A DNA stretch of 64,000 nt from an uncultured cyanobacterium (GCA_963718615.1 OY970368.1:1120001-1184000); one strand, 5' to 3'. Counted from the stretch's first letter, positions 20,633 to 31,416 are shown. Numbers and translations: made by a program. The notes: generated by a model from the letters alone, not told the origin.

Positions 20633-21457
20633 ATGCGCTATGTCGCTTTGGCCCTCAGCCTAGCCCTTTGTCTGCCGAGTGGGGCTGCGATCGCCCAAAC
20701 CACGCTCCCGAACTTTGCCTATCGCGAGGGTCGTGTGACGGCGAAGGCGGAGATTAACCCGATTGCAAGCCGGGTTCTGAGCCGATCCCTCAAGAAGGAG
20801 ATTCCCTCTGCCCTGGAATTTTCTGCGACGGACCTCGAAGGTTCGTTTATCCTGCCGCCGGGTTATGCCAAGCTGGCCTCCGGCAAAATTACGGTTAATG
20901 CGGCACCGCTGAAGGCGTTTCTGAGACCGGCGATCAACTTGGCGCTCCAGAGGCTAGCCCAAACCTATGATTTGCCGGACGGGATCACGATGGAAACCCT
21001 GGAAACGTTGCTGAATTATGAGATTCGTGGGACGGGCTCGATTGGGGGCGATCGCACCACGCAGTTTTCCTTTAGTTACAGCGACAACACGGATGTGATT
21101 ACGATTGAGGGGCTGGATCCCCTGGTGTTGGCGAGTTGTCAGGTGCGCCAGTGTCAGACCCAAACGGATGGGAAACTGGAGCTGAATCTGGATATTGCGG
21201 GGTTGCTGAGTACGAGCGATCGCCTCGGTCTCAAACTCCCGACGAGTGTGACTCGGATTTTGCGGAATGCTAGGCTTTTGGGGCTGAAGGAGCTGGAGTT
21301 TGCCCAGGGGACGATCGCCTCGGGCCTAGAAACCCAGCCAAAAGCCTTGGCCCTTTGGCCAAAGCGGCTGCAACCGCCAGTGTTGACCCAGGGGGATTTT
21401 GTGATGAATGCGGAGCGGCTTTCTGCGCCTTGGTCTTTGGTGTTTTCGGTGCCGTAA
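20633..21457 (+). CDS. Secreted hypothetical protein
   Basis: AAGGAG RBS; signal peptide MRYVALALSLALCLPSGAAIA. Confidence 0.75.
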   Translation: MRYVALALSLALCLPSGAAIAQTTLPNFAYREGRVTAKAEINPIASRVLSRSLKKEIPSALEFSATDLEGSFILPPGYAKLASGKITVNAAPLKAFLRPAINLALQRLAQTYDLPDGITMETLETLLNYEIRGTGSIGGDRTTQFSFSYSDNTDVITIEGLDPLVLASCQVRQCQTQTDGKLELNLDIAGLLSTSDRLGLKLPTSVTRILRNARLLGLKELEFAQGTIASGLETQPKALALWPKRLQPPVLTQGDFVMNAERLSAPWSLVFSVP

Positions 21458-21498
21458 GAAGGAGGGGCGATCGCAATTCCCCCATCTATCTCTTATGC

Positions 21499-21637
21499 CG
21501 TAGGGGTCGGCATTTCCGACCCTCCCTGGTTTGTGATGCACCGCAGAGGTCCAGGGCGCGGCATTCCCGACCCTCCCTGGCTTCTTGTGCTTGTGATGCA
21601 CTGCAGAGGTCCAGGGCGCGAATGCCGCGCCCCTACG
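21499..21637. repeat. GTAG-type REP/REPIN-like composite palindromic element
   Basis: Ends CGTAGGGG...CCCCTACG; internal duplicated blocks GCATTYCCGACCCTCCCTGG and TTGTGATGCACYGCAGAGGTCCAGGGCGCG. Confidence 0.7.
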
Positions 21638-21818
21638 AGGGGTTGGTGTCGTTTCTCATCGCCAAAAAATCTCCGGAAACTTTGGACCCATTCAAGAATC
21701 GTCCCCAGCATGGCCATGATCTACTCCCCAAAATTTTAATCCCGACTCTTTTTGTCGGGTATGTTTGACGGTAAAAATCCCCCATGCTAGGATTCGCTCA
21801 ACTTCCAGGGATTTCACC

Positions 21819-23129
21819 ATGACACCAACCCTCCTCACCCCCGCCACCACGGGTCTTGAAACCGCCCTCAAAGGCTTGCGCTGCAAGGAATGTGGCCAAG
21901 ACTACGAGCTCAAAGCCCTCCATGTTTGCGAAGATGTGTGCTTCGGTCCCCTGGAAGTGGTCTACGACTATGAAGTTCTGCGGCGCACCGTCACCCGCGA
22001 AACCATTCAGGCAGGGCCAAACTCCATCTGGCGCTATCGGGCGTTTTTGCCCGTCGAAACCGAAGACTATATTGATGTGGGCACAGGGATGACGCCACTC
22101 CTCGAAGCAAAGCGCTTGGCGCGGCGGTTGGGGTTGAAAAAGCTCTATATCAAAAACGATGCGGTGAATATGCCCACCTTGAGCTTCAAGGATCGGGTGG
22201 TGTCCGTAGCCCTGAGTCGGGCGCGGGAGTTGGGCTTTAGCACGGTGTCCTGTGCCAGCACGGGGAACTTGGCGAACTCTACGGCGGCGATCGCCGCCCA
22301 CGCCGGTCTCGACTGCTGCGTCTTTATTCCCTCCGATCTCGAAGCCGGTAAAGTTCTGGGCACGGTGATCTACTCCCCCACCGTCATGGCCGTTAAAGGC
22401 AACTATGACCAAGTGAACCGCCTCTGCTCTGAAGTCGCCAACACCCACGGTTGGGGCTTTGTCAATATCAACTTGCGGCCTTACTATTCCGAAGGTTCTA
22501 AAACGCTAGGCTACGAAGTCGCAGAACAGTTAGGCTGGCAACTGCCGGATCACATTGTTGCGCCGTTAGCGTCGGGTTCCCTATTCGGCAAGATTCGCAA
22601 GGGCTTTGAGGAATTTGTCAAAGTTGGTCTCGTGGAAGACAAACCGGTGCGCTACAGCGGTGCCCAGGCGGAGGGCTGTTCGCCGATTTCCCAGGCGTTT
22701 AAGGAAGGTCGGGATTTTATCACCCCGGTAAAACCCAATACGATCGCCAAGTCGATCGCCATCGGCAACCCCGCTGATGGTGTTTATGCCCTGGAGCAAG
22801 CTCGTCAAACCGGTGGCCACATCGAAGACGTCACCGATCCAGAAATCATCGAAGGCATCAAGCTCCTCGCCGAAACCGAAGGCATTTTCACCGAAACCGC
22901 CGGAGGCACCACCATCGCCGTCCTCAAGAAACTCGTAGAAGCCGGTAAGATTAGTCCCGACGAAACGACAGTGGTTTACATTACGGGCAACGGCCTCAAA
23001 ACCCAGGAATCGATCCAAAGCGAAGTCAGTTCACCCCTGACCATTGAGCCCAAGCTGGAAAGCTTTGAGCAAGCCCTAGAGCGGGCGCGAACGCTAGAAC
23101 GGTTGGATTGGCAACCGGTTTCGGTCTAG
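21819..23129 (+). CDS. thrC: Threonine synthase (PLP fold type II)
   Basis: PTLSFKDR, ASTGN, ITGNGLK. Confidence 0.88.
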   Translation: MTPTLLTPATTGLETALKGLRCKECGQDYELKALHVCEDVCFGPLEVVYDYEVLRRTVTRETIQAGPNSIWRYRAFLPVETEDYIDVGTGMTPLLEAKRLARRLGLKKLYIKNDAVNMPTLSFKDRVVSVALSRARELGFSTVSCASTGNLANSTAAIAAHAGLDCCVFIPSDLEAGKVLGTVIYSPTVMAVKGNYDQVNRLCSEVANTHGWGFVNINLRPYYSEGSKTLGYEVAEQLGWQLPDHIVAPLASGSLFGKIRKGFEEFVKVGLVEDKPVRYSGAQAEGCSPISQAFKEGRDFITPVKPNTIAKSIAIGNPADGVYALEQARQTGGHIEDVTDPEIIEGIKLLAETEGIFTETAGGTTIAVLKKLVEAGKISPDETTVVYITGNGLKTQESIQSEVSSPLTIEPKLESFEQALERARTLERLDWQPVSV

Positions 23130-23171
23130 GGCGCTGTTTACTTGTTCACCCTCAACGATTGATTTTTCACC

Positions 23172-23447
23172 ATGGCAGTCAAAGTTCTCATTCCCACTCC
23201 CTTACAAAAGTTTACGAACAACACAGCGACCGTCGAGTGCGAGGCGAGCGATATCGATGGCTTGATTCAGTCCTTGGATAGTTCCTTCCCCGGCATTAAG
23301 AACCGCCTCTGCGATGACGCGGGCAAACTGCGCCGCTTCTTAAATTTCTATGTGAACGAAGAAGACATTCGCTTTCTGGAAAACCAAGCCACGGAACTCA
23401 GCGACGGTGATGAAGTCAGCATCGTGCCAGCGGTGGCTGGGGGCTGA
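23172..23447 (+). CDS. MoaD/ThiS-family sulfur carrier
   Basis: 91 aa with C-terminal PAVAGG. Confidence 0.9.
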   Translation: MAVKVLIPTPLQKFTNNTATVECEASDIDGLIQSLDSSFPGIKNRLCDDAGKLRRFLNFYVNEEDIRFLENQATELSDGDEVSIVPAVAGG

Positions 23448-23711
23448 TTGGCTTTGCTGGGGAAGGGGGGATCAATGCCAAGACGGCCCCAACGGTTTAC
23501 AGTAGAAAGGCTCGACCCATCAGTCGGTCAACAACGTTTATCTAGACCCCTGTTTATCTAAACCCCCTGTTTTCCTAGGGTTTTTCTTTTCTTCCCCAGT
23601 GACGATTGCTCAATTGCCCTGACCAATTTCCCTTTGGCGGAATCGCAAGAACGCTTCAGACTGCATGGTCCTTGCTGATCATTCTGCCTCCCTGCATCAG
23701 GGAAATTTTTC

Positions 23712-24263
23712 ATGGAATTTACTGTCCAAGCCATTTCTCGTACCGAGAGTTCTAAGCCCAATACCCTGCGACGCAACGGCATGATCCCCGCTGTCATGTA
23801 TGGCCATGATGGCACCAATGCTGTCTCCATTAGCATTACGGCCAAAGACGCCGAGCAGCTCGTGCAGTCTGCCTCTGTCAACAACAGCATTATTAATGTG
23901 CAGGTTCCCGATCTCTCCCTCGACTGCAAAGCGCTGCTGCGTGACATCCAAACCAATGCCCTTGGGAGCAAGCTCAATCACCTGAGTTTCTTTGCGATCG
24001 CCGCCCAAGCCAGCGTCCATGTCACCGTCCCCATCTACCTCAAGGGACAGGCCATTGGCGTAACGCTCAACAAAGGCAATCTGGACCAAAGCCTCAATGT
24101 GGTTGAGCTGCAATGTGCGCCCGATGTGATTCCCGCCAGTATCGATATTGATATTACCAACTTCGATGTGGGGAGTGCTCTACACGTCAGCGAACTCGAC
24201 CTGCCTAGCGGCGTCACGGTGGTTGGCGAACATGATCGCATCGTCTTTTCGATCACGGAATAA
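23712..24263 (+). CDS. rplY: 50S ribosomal protein L25/Ctc
   Basis: LRRNGMIPAVMYG; Ctc C-terminal domain. Confidence 0.9.
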   Translation: MEFTVQAISRTESSKPNTLRRNGMIPAVMYGHDGTNAVSISITAKDAEQLVQSASVNNSIINVQVPDLSLDCKALLRDIQTNALGSKLNHLSFFAIAAQASVHVTVPIYLKGQAIGVTLNKGNLDQSLNVVELQCAPDVIPASIDIDITNFDVGSALHVSELDLPSGVTVVGEHDRIVFSITE

Positions 24264-24299
24264 TCCTTCAGGACTAAGCCTTCAGTTCTTAGGACGGGG

Positions 24300-24989
24300 C
24301 TAAGGGGTTGCCAAGGGCGGCATTGGCCCCTTCTGGGAGGCGAGGCGATCGGCGAGGCGTGTGGTTTCGGGCAGACGATATTTGGGCGTGCAGGCGAGAA
24401 CATAGGCGATCGCCCCCACCAAACTCACCCGATGCCCCGTCGAAATATACAGCGGCTTCGTGCCCTGCCGACTGCGCAACACCGCCCCAATTTGCTCTTC
24501 TTTGTCCCACAGGGGGACCCAGGTGCCCTTCTCCGCTGGCACCTCTGCATGGGTGCCCACTAAGCGGGACTTGGCGACGCCAATGGTTGGGTGATCGAGC
24601 AAGAGGCCCAGGTGGGAGGCAATGCCGAGCCGACGGGGATGGGCGATGCCTTGGCCATCGCAAAGGATGAGATCGGGGTGAAGCTGAAGCTGTCCCAGGG
24701 CATCGAGCACCGTGGGGACTTCGCGAAACGAGAGTAGGCCGGGGACGTAGGGAAAGGTGGTGGGGTTGCGGGCGATCGCCATCTCCAATAACTCCAACCC
24801 CGGAAAGCTCAAGACCACGACAGCTGCCCGCGTCACGGTGCCATTTTCCTCAAATCCCACATCAACGCCCGCGACGGTGTTGACTGGGCCAAGTCGGTCG
24901 GTGCAGTTGACCTGGCTGCGGAGGGTTTGCTGGAGGGCGATCGCCTCTGCAGCGGTTTTAGGCCAGTCCTGGAGCGGGGGGATATGCAT
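24300..24989 (-). CDS. nfi: Endonuclease V
   Basis: [36 protein letters not shown]. Confidence 0.95.
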   Translation of the reverse strand: MHIPPLQDWPKTAAEAIALQQTLRSQVNCTDRLGPVNTVAGVDVGFEENGTVTRAAVVVLSFPGLELLEMAIARNPTTFPYVPGLLSFREVPTVLDALGQLQLHPDLILCDGQGIAHPRRLGIASHLGLLLDHPTIGVAKSRLVGTHAEVPAEKGTWVPLWDKEEQIGAVLRSRQGTKPLYISTGHRVSLVGAIAYVLACTPKYRLPETTRLADRLASQKGPMPPLATP

Positions 24990-25089
24990 GATCAAACTCA
25001 ATCCAGAGCCACAGGATGTTGCATCCAGCGACGGTATATCCCCTCGATGGTAAACGCTAACCTGACATCAGGCTGACAGGCTCACAGAC

Positions 25090-26265
25090 TTAGAGGCTCA
25101 CGAGATGGGGATATTCCAAAATCAGCTCATCCTCGCTCAAGCTGCGGCCTTCGCTTTGGGGCGTCCAGAGCAACTCCACCGTCAGCAAATAGTCTGGCGT
25201 GACAGCGGCTAAGGTCGCCAAAACGGTTTTGACATCTTCAATGCTATGGATTTCGCCAAACAGCGGATGGTCATCTTCGGTGCCCACCAGCAGCGTCACC
25301 ACCACATAACGACCAACGTCCGGGCTGGCCGACGCCTCGGGAGCTGCGTTTTGTTGACGGAGGGGGCCACTGCCAACCTTCACTAAGGTTTCCGAGGTAA
25401 AGCGGCTGCGTTCTTCGATGGAAAACTGTTCAAACAGGCGCTGAGCCATTTCCCGCGATGTTGCCCGTTGGGAGGTCCCTTGGGCATAGGCCCAATATTC
25501 AGGATGGCGCATCAGGCTAAGCACGGACTCGCGCAACAGTTCAACGGTGCCTTCAGGAGTCTCAGTCTCGATCTGTTCGGCCAAGTCGTTCAGTTCTGCT
25601 TGAATCGTGCGGGCCTCAGACAGCAAGACGAGCTGCAAACGGCTGACATTGACGATGTCGTTATCGAGTTCGGCGCTGCCCCTGTCTTCCGTATCGGCAC
25701 TCTCACTGGCCCCAGTTTTCTGCTGACTGCACCACCACCACCAAACCACGCCACCCACACAGAGCCCGAAGATTAGGAGCCAAAAGAGTGCCTCCCCATC
25801 GCCCGTGGAATCGCTACTCACGTCTGAGCCGTTCTGATAGGACGACCCCCCGTAGTACACCGAGTTGTTGTTGATAGTGGTGTGGGATGGTGTGCTGTTA
25901 TTGCCGGAGCTGTTGCTACTGGAACTGCTGCTGGAGCTTTTCGAAGGGGAACTACTGGAGCTCTTCGAAGGGGAACTATTGGAGCCGGAACTTTTAGAGC
26001 TAGAGGGTTTACTGAAAGAGCCGCTGCGCACTCGACCACCGGATTTTTTGGCCCAGGCGCGATCGCCCTCCAAAAGCTGCTGCCAATGAAATTGGCCTAG
26101 AGGCTGCCCCATAAACTCGCCGGGACTCCTGTGAATCTGGCTCAAGCTGCCAAGACTCAGCGTATTGACTACAGCAAAGGATGCTAGCGTTGCGCCCAAT
26201 AGGGTCAAGCCCTTTTGATGTAGCAGATTTGGATTCATGGATTTAAAGTCGTGGGTAGAGCTCAC
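25090..26265 (-). CDS. DUF1517 family protein
   Basis: SGGR..GSFS Ser-rich linker, TM, EERS..ET, VELLWTPQ. Confidence 0.85.
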   Translation of the reverse strand: MSSTHDFKSMNPNLLHQKGLTLLGATLASFAVVNTLSLGSLSQIHRSPGEFMGQPLGQFHWQQLLEGDRAWAKKSGGRVRSGSFSKPSSSKSSGSNSSPSKSSSSSPSKSSSSSSSSNSSGNNSTPSHTTINNNSVYYGGSSYQNGSDVSSDSTGDGEALFWLLIFGLCVGGVVWWWWCSQQKTGASESADTEDRGSAELDNDIVNVSRLQLVLLSEARTIQAELNDLAEQIETETPEGTVELLRESVLSLMRHPEYWAYAQGTSQRATSREMAQRLFEQFSIEERSRFTSETLVKVGSGPLRQQNAAPEASASPDVGRYVVVTLLVGTEDDHPLFGEIHSIEDVKTVLATLAAVTPDYLLTVELLWTPQSEGRSLSEDELILEYPHLVSL

Positions 26266-26563
26266 AGGGTAGCCGTGAGTTAGGGTGAGACAGTCTAGCT
26301 AAAGTAGTACGAATGCAAAGTACGGATGAAAAGCGCGATCGAGACCTTCTCCGCTTAGTGAGCCCACAGACCAGGACAAACTTGCCGGTGAATTTTCTGA
26401 AGTTGGGAAACTACATCTGGAGAAACCCAAAGAAAATCATAAAAAATCCCAGAACATCACAGAAAAGCGCAGCAAATAGTTAACCTACCTGCCGCGCCGA
26501 TGAAAGTTTTACTCAAGTTTTACTGAAGTCTAACGGAATCACACCACAGGCAATTGAATGTCA

Positions 26564-27082
26564 TTAAAACCGATAAGCAGCTCCGGTTTGAACGCTAATA
26601 GCTTGACCATTTTCATAGCCACTAATCCCCCAGCGAACATCACCAAAGAGAGCCACATTCGGATTGATTGCCCCTTCTACACCAGCGGTGAGCATGAAGG
26701 CCGAGCGATCGCCCAAAGGGGTATCCCCATCACCCACCACAAAGGAACCGCCACCCCCGAGATAAACGTTGGAAACATTGCTGGTGGCAATATCATAGGT
26801 CACCATCGGCTGAATCGCGGCACCATCGCCGGAGAACAATACTGAGCCCCGGAGCGAAACCGGTGCTGCGTTGAGGGCATAACGACCTTGAACCACTCCC
26901 CCAATCTGAATATCACCAAAGCCTTGGTCCGTATTCCCGCCAACGGAAAGACCACCACCGAGATAGTGACCTTCTAGGCCAGTTGGCTTGACTGCGGTTT
27001 GGGCAGAAGCAGGTCCGGCAATTGCAATCAAAGCAGCGGTTGCGGACAGAATAGCAGCGGAAACAACAGTTGAAAATTTCAT
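26564..27082 (-). CDS. Small outer-membrane beta-barrel protein
   Basis: Signal peptide, amphipathic strands, terminal YRF. Confidence 0.7.
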   Translation of the reverse strand: MKFSTVVSAAILSATAALIAIAGPASAQTAVKPTGLEGHYLGGGLSVGGNTDQGFGDIQIGGVVQGRYALNAAPVSLRGSVLFSGDGAAIQPMVTYDIATSNVSNVYLGGGGSFVVGDGDTPLGDRSAFMLTAGVEGAINPNVALFGDVRWGISGYENGQAISVQTGAAYRF

Positions 27083-27348
27083 GACTCGCTCCTCACTGAG
27101 CTGACAAATCTGGATTTGAATTTGGAAATACTTCGCGGAACGGGTTTAATTTTGGGATGAACCTTTGCCTTTAACCTTTGCCTTGAAGCTTTCGCCTTCT
27201 TGTCTTAGTTGTAATTGATTTGAATAGTGATGTGGGGTAAGCAGGTCCTCTTTTGGAAGTGGCACAGATTTCCTCAAGATAGGATTTTGCTGAGGAACTT
27301 TGGTGTCATTAATCCGTCCTGAGCTTGGGCTAAAATCACACAACAATG

Positions 27349-27433
27349 TGTAGGTTGGGTTGCGTGCCTTAACCCAACTCGCTGAACCAAAGCAAAGTCA
27401 GTTGGGTTTCGCGTTGCTCAACACCAACCTACA
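27349..27433. repeat. Inverted pair of GTAG-type REPs (REPIN-like)
   Basis: TGTAGGTTGGGTT..AACCCAAC, spacer, GTTGGGTT..CCAACCTACA. Confidence 0.75.
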
Positions 27434-27739
27434 GTTTCTATGATGGGTCTGTAGCTTTCTAAGCAATACCTAAAGCAATATCTATGCAATATTTTCTAGA
27501 CAATTTTCATGCCGATATTGATCATCGATTTATCTCGCTTCAGATGATCTTAATCTCGCTTTCATTGGGAGAAGAAACTCTGCTTGCGGTCTAGCTTCAA
27601 TCTTTTTCCAGATCGCAAGCAAAGGGGAAACATTCCCGGTGATAGGTTTTGAGACGAGGGGCGATCGCAAAAGTTTCAGCCCTCCTCAAAAATGTTTTAA
27701 ATTAGAAGAAGATCTGCTTTGTTCTGCGGTACCCCCCCT

Positions 27740-27997
27740 ATGTCCAGTGCCACCCTATATAGCGAAGACCATTTCGTCGTCCTCGAACCCGGACAGGCGG
27801 AGCAACTGCTCACGGCGGAGGAAATGGTTGCCAAGCTCAAGGCCTGGATTCAGCACTACCCTGAGGCTCTGCCCCCGGATGTTCAGCAAGTGGCGGGGCT
27901 TGAAGCCCAAGTGCAGCTCCTGCTCGACGAAAGCTGTGCCCTCGACATTGATACCGGCAAAACCGTCCAGTGGTTTGCGATTCGCTTAGAAAAATAG
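27740..27997 (+). CDS. crr7: Chlororespiratory reduction protein 7 (NDH-1 assembly)
   Basis: EDHFVVLEPGQAEQLLT...QWFAIRLEK. Confidence 0.85.
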   Translation: MSSATLYSEDHFVVLEPGQAEQLLTAEEMVAKLKAWIQHYPEALPPDVQQVAGLEAQVQLLLDESCALDIDTGKTVQWFAIRLEK

Positions 27998-28019
27998 GGT
28001 CTAGAGCGTCCCACTGGCC

Positions 28020-28553
28020 CTAGGACCGCAAGACCGAAGGAATTGCCGCCAAAATTTTCTCAGCCGTTGCCATCGGGGAGGCTGCCGGGTCCGGGATGAT
28101 GTGTAGGTCTGCCTCTGCGTAGCGTGCGCGCCGTTGTTCCATCAGCTTGCGCAACTGCTCCTTTGGGTCTTCCGTCTGCAAGAGCGGACGCTGCCGATCC
28201 TGCCGTAGGCGTTCGTAGAGCGGTTCCAGGGGAACATCAATCCAAATCACCAACCCCTGCTGCAAATAGCCCCAATTTTCCTGACGCAGAATAATTCCGC
28301 CTCCTGTGGCGATCGCCAACCGCGTATAGGCCGACAGCTCACCCAACACCTGACTTTCCAAATCCCGAAACGCGGCCTCTCCCTGCTGCGAGAAAATCTC
28401 CGGAATGGAGCAACGGGCCGCCTGCTCCACCACCGTATCCGTATCAAAAAACTGATAGCCCAGTTTTTCCGCTACCAGCCGTCCAATCGTGCTTTTGCCG
28501 ACGCCCATCATGCCAACAAAGTATAAATTTATGCCCTTAAGTTGTTCTTCCAC
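28020..28553 (-). CDS. aroK: Shikimate kinase
   Basis: GMMGVGKS, GEAAFRDLE, ATGGG, RPLL. Confidence 0.95.
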   Translation of the reverse strand: MEEQLKGINLYFVGMMGVGKSTIGRLVAEKLGYQFFDTDTVVEQAARCSIPEIFSQQGEAAFRDLESQVLGELSAYTRLAIATGGGIILRQENWGYLQQGLVIWIDVPLEPLYERLRQDRQRPLLQTEDPKEQLRKLMEQRRARYAEADLHIIPDPAASPMATAEKILAAIPSVLRS

Positions 28554-28731
28554 TGTTTCTATACCAACGATTAATAAACGCTAATTGGCCCCCAAAGGAG
28601 TACCGTAGCGTTATTTTAAAGGTCAACGGGGTTGTAAATGTGTCTTTGAAGCATGTACAGAATCCGAGGAGAGCTTTTATGCTAGAGAGAGCAACCTTGA
28701 CGAAACTTAACAATTCACCTGGCGATCGCCC

Positions 28732-29610
28732 ATGAAATGCGTTATCAACCGTCGCGCCCAGTTTTCCGCCAGCCATCGCTATTGGCTACCGGAACTGAGT
28801 GATGCGGACAACCGGCAGCGGTTTGGAGCTTGTTCCCGTGCTCCCGGCCATGGCCACAACTATGAGCTCTTTGTCTCAATGGAGGGGGATCTCGATGAAT
28901 ATGGCATGGTCCTGAATCTTTCGGATGTGAAACGGGTCATCCAGCAGGAAGTAACAGACCCCTTGGACTTTTCTTATCTAAACGAGGCCTGGCCAGAGTT
29001 TCAGCAGACCCTCCCGACCACTGAGAACGTCGCGCGGGTGATCTGGCAGCGGCTGGCTCCTCACCTGCCGTTGGTGCGCATTCAGCTTTTTGAAAATCAA
29101 GAACTTTGGGCGGAGTATACCGGAAACGACATGGAAGCTTATCTCACGATCAAAACCCACTTCAGTGCGGCGCACCGTTTGGCGAATCCCAATCTGAGTA
29201 TGGAAGAAAACACAGAAATCTATGGCAAATGTGCCCGTCCCCATGGCCATGGCCATAACTACCATTTGGAAGTGACGATTAAGGGCCAAATCGATCCGCG
29301 CACGGGCATGATTGCAGATTTGGTGGACGTCCAAAAAATCATTGACGAGCAGGTTGTCGAACCCTTTGACCACACGTTTTTGAATAAGGACATTCCCTAT
29401 TTTGAGCAGGTCGTGCCGACGGCGGAAAACATTGCTGTTTACATTCGCAGTTTGCTGGCCGCGCCGATGCAGGAAACGGGAGCGCAGTTGTACAAAGTGA
29501 AGCTGATCGAAAGCCCGAACAACTCAGCAGAGGTCTATTGCGAAGACCCGATTGAGCCGGTAGATATGGCCCAGACCAGCGAAATACGGACGTTGGCTCA
29601 GGTTGTGTAG
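28732..29610 (+). CDS. queD: 6-carboxytetrahydropterin synthase (tandem two-domain)
   Basis: Two copies of FSAxH..C..HGHNY..TxEN. Confidence 0.9.
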   Translation: MKCVINRRAQFSASHRYWLPELSDADNRQRFGACSRAPGHGHNYELFVSMEGDLDEYGMVLNLSDVKRVIQQEVTDPLDFSYLNEAWPEFQQTLPTTENVARVIWQRLAPHLPLVRIQLFENQELWAEYTGNDMEAYLTIKTHFSAAHRLANPNLSMEENTEIYGKCARPHGHGHNYHLEVTIKGQIDPRTGMIADLVDVQKIIDEQVVEPFDHTFLNKDIPYFEQVVPTAENIAVYIRSLLAAPMQETGAQLYKVKLIESPNNSAEVYCEDPIEPVDMAQTSEIRTLAQVV

Positions 29611-29645
29611 TGGTCGACGCTTGATATCTCTACGCTAGTTTTTGG

Positions 29646-29678
29646 AAGCAGCGTTGTCTTAAGGGGCAACGCTGTTTT
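29646..29678. terminator. Hairpin between convergent genes, probable intrinsic terminator
   Basis: AAGCAGCGTTGTC..GGCAACGCTGTTTT. Confidence 0.7.
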
Positions 29679-29692
29679 CCGGGTAGCTCTGT

Positions 29693-30442
29693 TTAGCCCA
29701 AACGGAGTTTGAGCAATAGCTCCTGCAAGACTGATTCCGCTGTGGTCTCGTTGGGCAGAGAGCTGCGATCGCGTTCAGCCTCGAGTTGGTTCATCAATCG
29801 CTGATATTCTTGCTCATGAAAGGGCACATCGGCATCGCTGAGAACAGACTGCTCAGTCCCTAAACCTTTGCGCTCGATTAAGTCGGCAAGATAGGACAGT
29901 TGAAAGTCTTGATTTAAGGCGATTAAATTTGCTTCAATTGCACCGGTTCGCATCAGATGAATGCCGGTGAGCAAGACTCGATAGGTGTAGAGCAAGGGTT
30001 TGACCCGAGGGGGATTTTCCTTGGCGAATAAACGCCACTGGGTTTGGGCAAAACCGAGGTAGTGGTGGGCGTGATGGCGAGTGATGCAATGCTGGGCGAT
30101 CGCCTTCAGTTCCCCATGTTCAGGGGTTGTATGAATGATTAAGGGCGAGTAGAGTTGCTCTAACACATAGCCATTGCGTTTGAGCAGTAGGCCAAAAAAT
30201 TTCTTGACATCGTGGGTGACCAAATCGAGTTCGAGACCGTCGCAATCGTCTGAAACTTCTAGGGTTTCTGGTCCGGTTTTAAGCCCTATGACATCTTGGA
30301 CGGGGAGAACATGCACGCCACGCAAATCGTAGTCGGAATCGGGAGAGGAAAAACCGTAGAGATGGGAACCGCTCAGGGTTGCGAAGAGGAGGGGATAGGG
30401 TTGGGATTGGGCGATCGCTTGCAGTTTAGGACAATCAAACAT
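29693..30442 (-). CDS. PF10127/YcgL/RlaP-like nucleotidyltransferase
   Basis: LSGSHLYGF..DSDYDLRG; NGYVLEQLYSP. Confidence 0.85.
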   Translation of the reverse strand: MFDCPKLQAIAQSQPYPLLFATLSGSHLYGFSSPDSDYDLRGVHVLPVQDVIGLKTGPETLEVSDDCDGLELDLVTHDVKKFFGLLLKRNGYVLEQLYSPLIIHTTPEHGELKAIAQHCITRHHAHHYLGFAQTQWRLFAKENPPRVKPLLYTYRVLLTGIHLMRTGAIEANLIALNQDFQLSYLADLIERKGLGTEQSVLSDADVPFHEQEYQRLMNQLEAERDRSSLPNETTAESVLQELLLKLRLG

Positions 30443-30519
30443 GTTTGAAGAACTCCTCTAAATATAAGGCGAATAAAAACAATTCAAATAAATGCCAAAC
30501 AAGTCAAGCAAAAGCAAAA

Positions 30520-31287
30520 CTATGCTGACTTAAAAAAACGAATGAGCTCCCTTGCATGATTCAAAAATTCACTGTCCTCCGAGAGCTGAGCAATCCCCTG
30601 TCTTGCTTCTCTGGCCAGCCGGTCGTGGTCACTGGCATTATCCGAGCGCAACCGCTCAATCGCTGTCAAGGTCTGTGCAAGTTCGGACCGCGTCGTTTGA
30701 GCAAACTGCTGATAGTGATAGACCCAAGAATCTTCCTGTTCAGGATTAAGTTGTTGCTCTAGCAATTTCACTATTGCCACGAGCTGATCCAGGCGATCTC
30801 GCAATTCAATCACATCTTTCCGAGGATATTGAAACTCCTGGCGAATCCCTCGCAGCCGCTCCGCTAGATATTCATAGCCTCGAATCGTAGGACGTAATCC
30901 CGTCAATAAAAGCGCCGCACCAGAGCTGAGATAACCGATAACGCTGATGTCAGCGATTGCCAGGCTGTAGAGTACAACAGCCGAAAATAAATGGAGAGCG
31001 ATCGCGACCCAGAGCGATCGCCTGACCAAGACCGTAGCATAGGTCAGTTTTTCAGGGTCAATATCGATGCCTTTTTCCTGAGATTGAGCAGCCTCTGCAA
31101 CGACTTCTCGCGCTTGAAAATGGATATTCCAAGGGACCGTTGTAATCAGTACGAGCCACTCAAAGCTAAGCCCACCAGTGACCCAATCTAGGAAGCTGCC
31201 AACGGGAATTTGAAACCATTGCAAGATGGCAAACAGAAGTAGCAAAAATAGGCCGAAGCCAAGGCTGGATGGTAGAAGGTAAACCAT
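30520..31287 (-). CDS. Membrane protein with C-terminal coiled coil
   Basis: About 4 hydrophobic segments then a heptad-rich tail. Confidence 0.75.
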   Translation of the reverse strand: MVYLLPSSLGFGLFLLLLFAILQWFQIPVGSFLDWVTGGLSFEWLVLITTVPWNIHFQAREVVAEAAQSQEKGIDIDPEKLTYATVLVRRSLWVAIALHLFSAVVLYSLAIADISVIGYLSSGAALLLTGLRPTIRGYEYLAERLRGIRQEFQYPRKDVIELRDRLDQLVAIVKLLEQQLNPEQEDSWVYHYQQFAQTTRSELAQTLTAIERLRSDNASDHDRLAREARQGIAQLSEDSEFLNHARELIRFFKSA

Positions 31288-31416
31288 AGAAAAAACCTTT
31301 AGTCTTTTGTAGTTCGATCGTGACTAGGGCTTACTAAATTTTGCGATCCGTTGTGCTAGTTTTCCGACTGGCAGGAGTGAGGGTAGACAACAGTAGGATG
31401 ACGGGACCGTATCTTC

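Noticed and set aside
21499-21637. Mini-CRISPR
   Set aside because: The spacers are themselves duplicated and the ends are inverted GTAG motifs, which fits REP elements.
23450-23710. Possible ncRNA or rplY leader
   Set aside because: No recognisable tRNA or riboswitch consensus by eye; would need an Rfam search.
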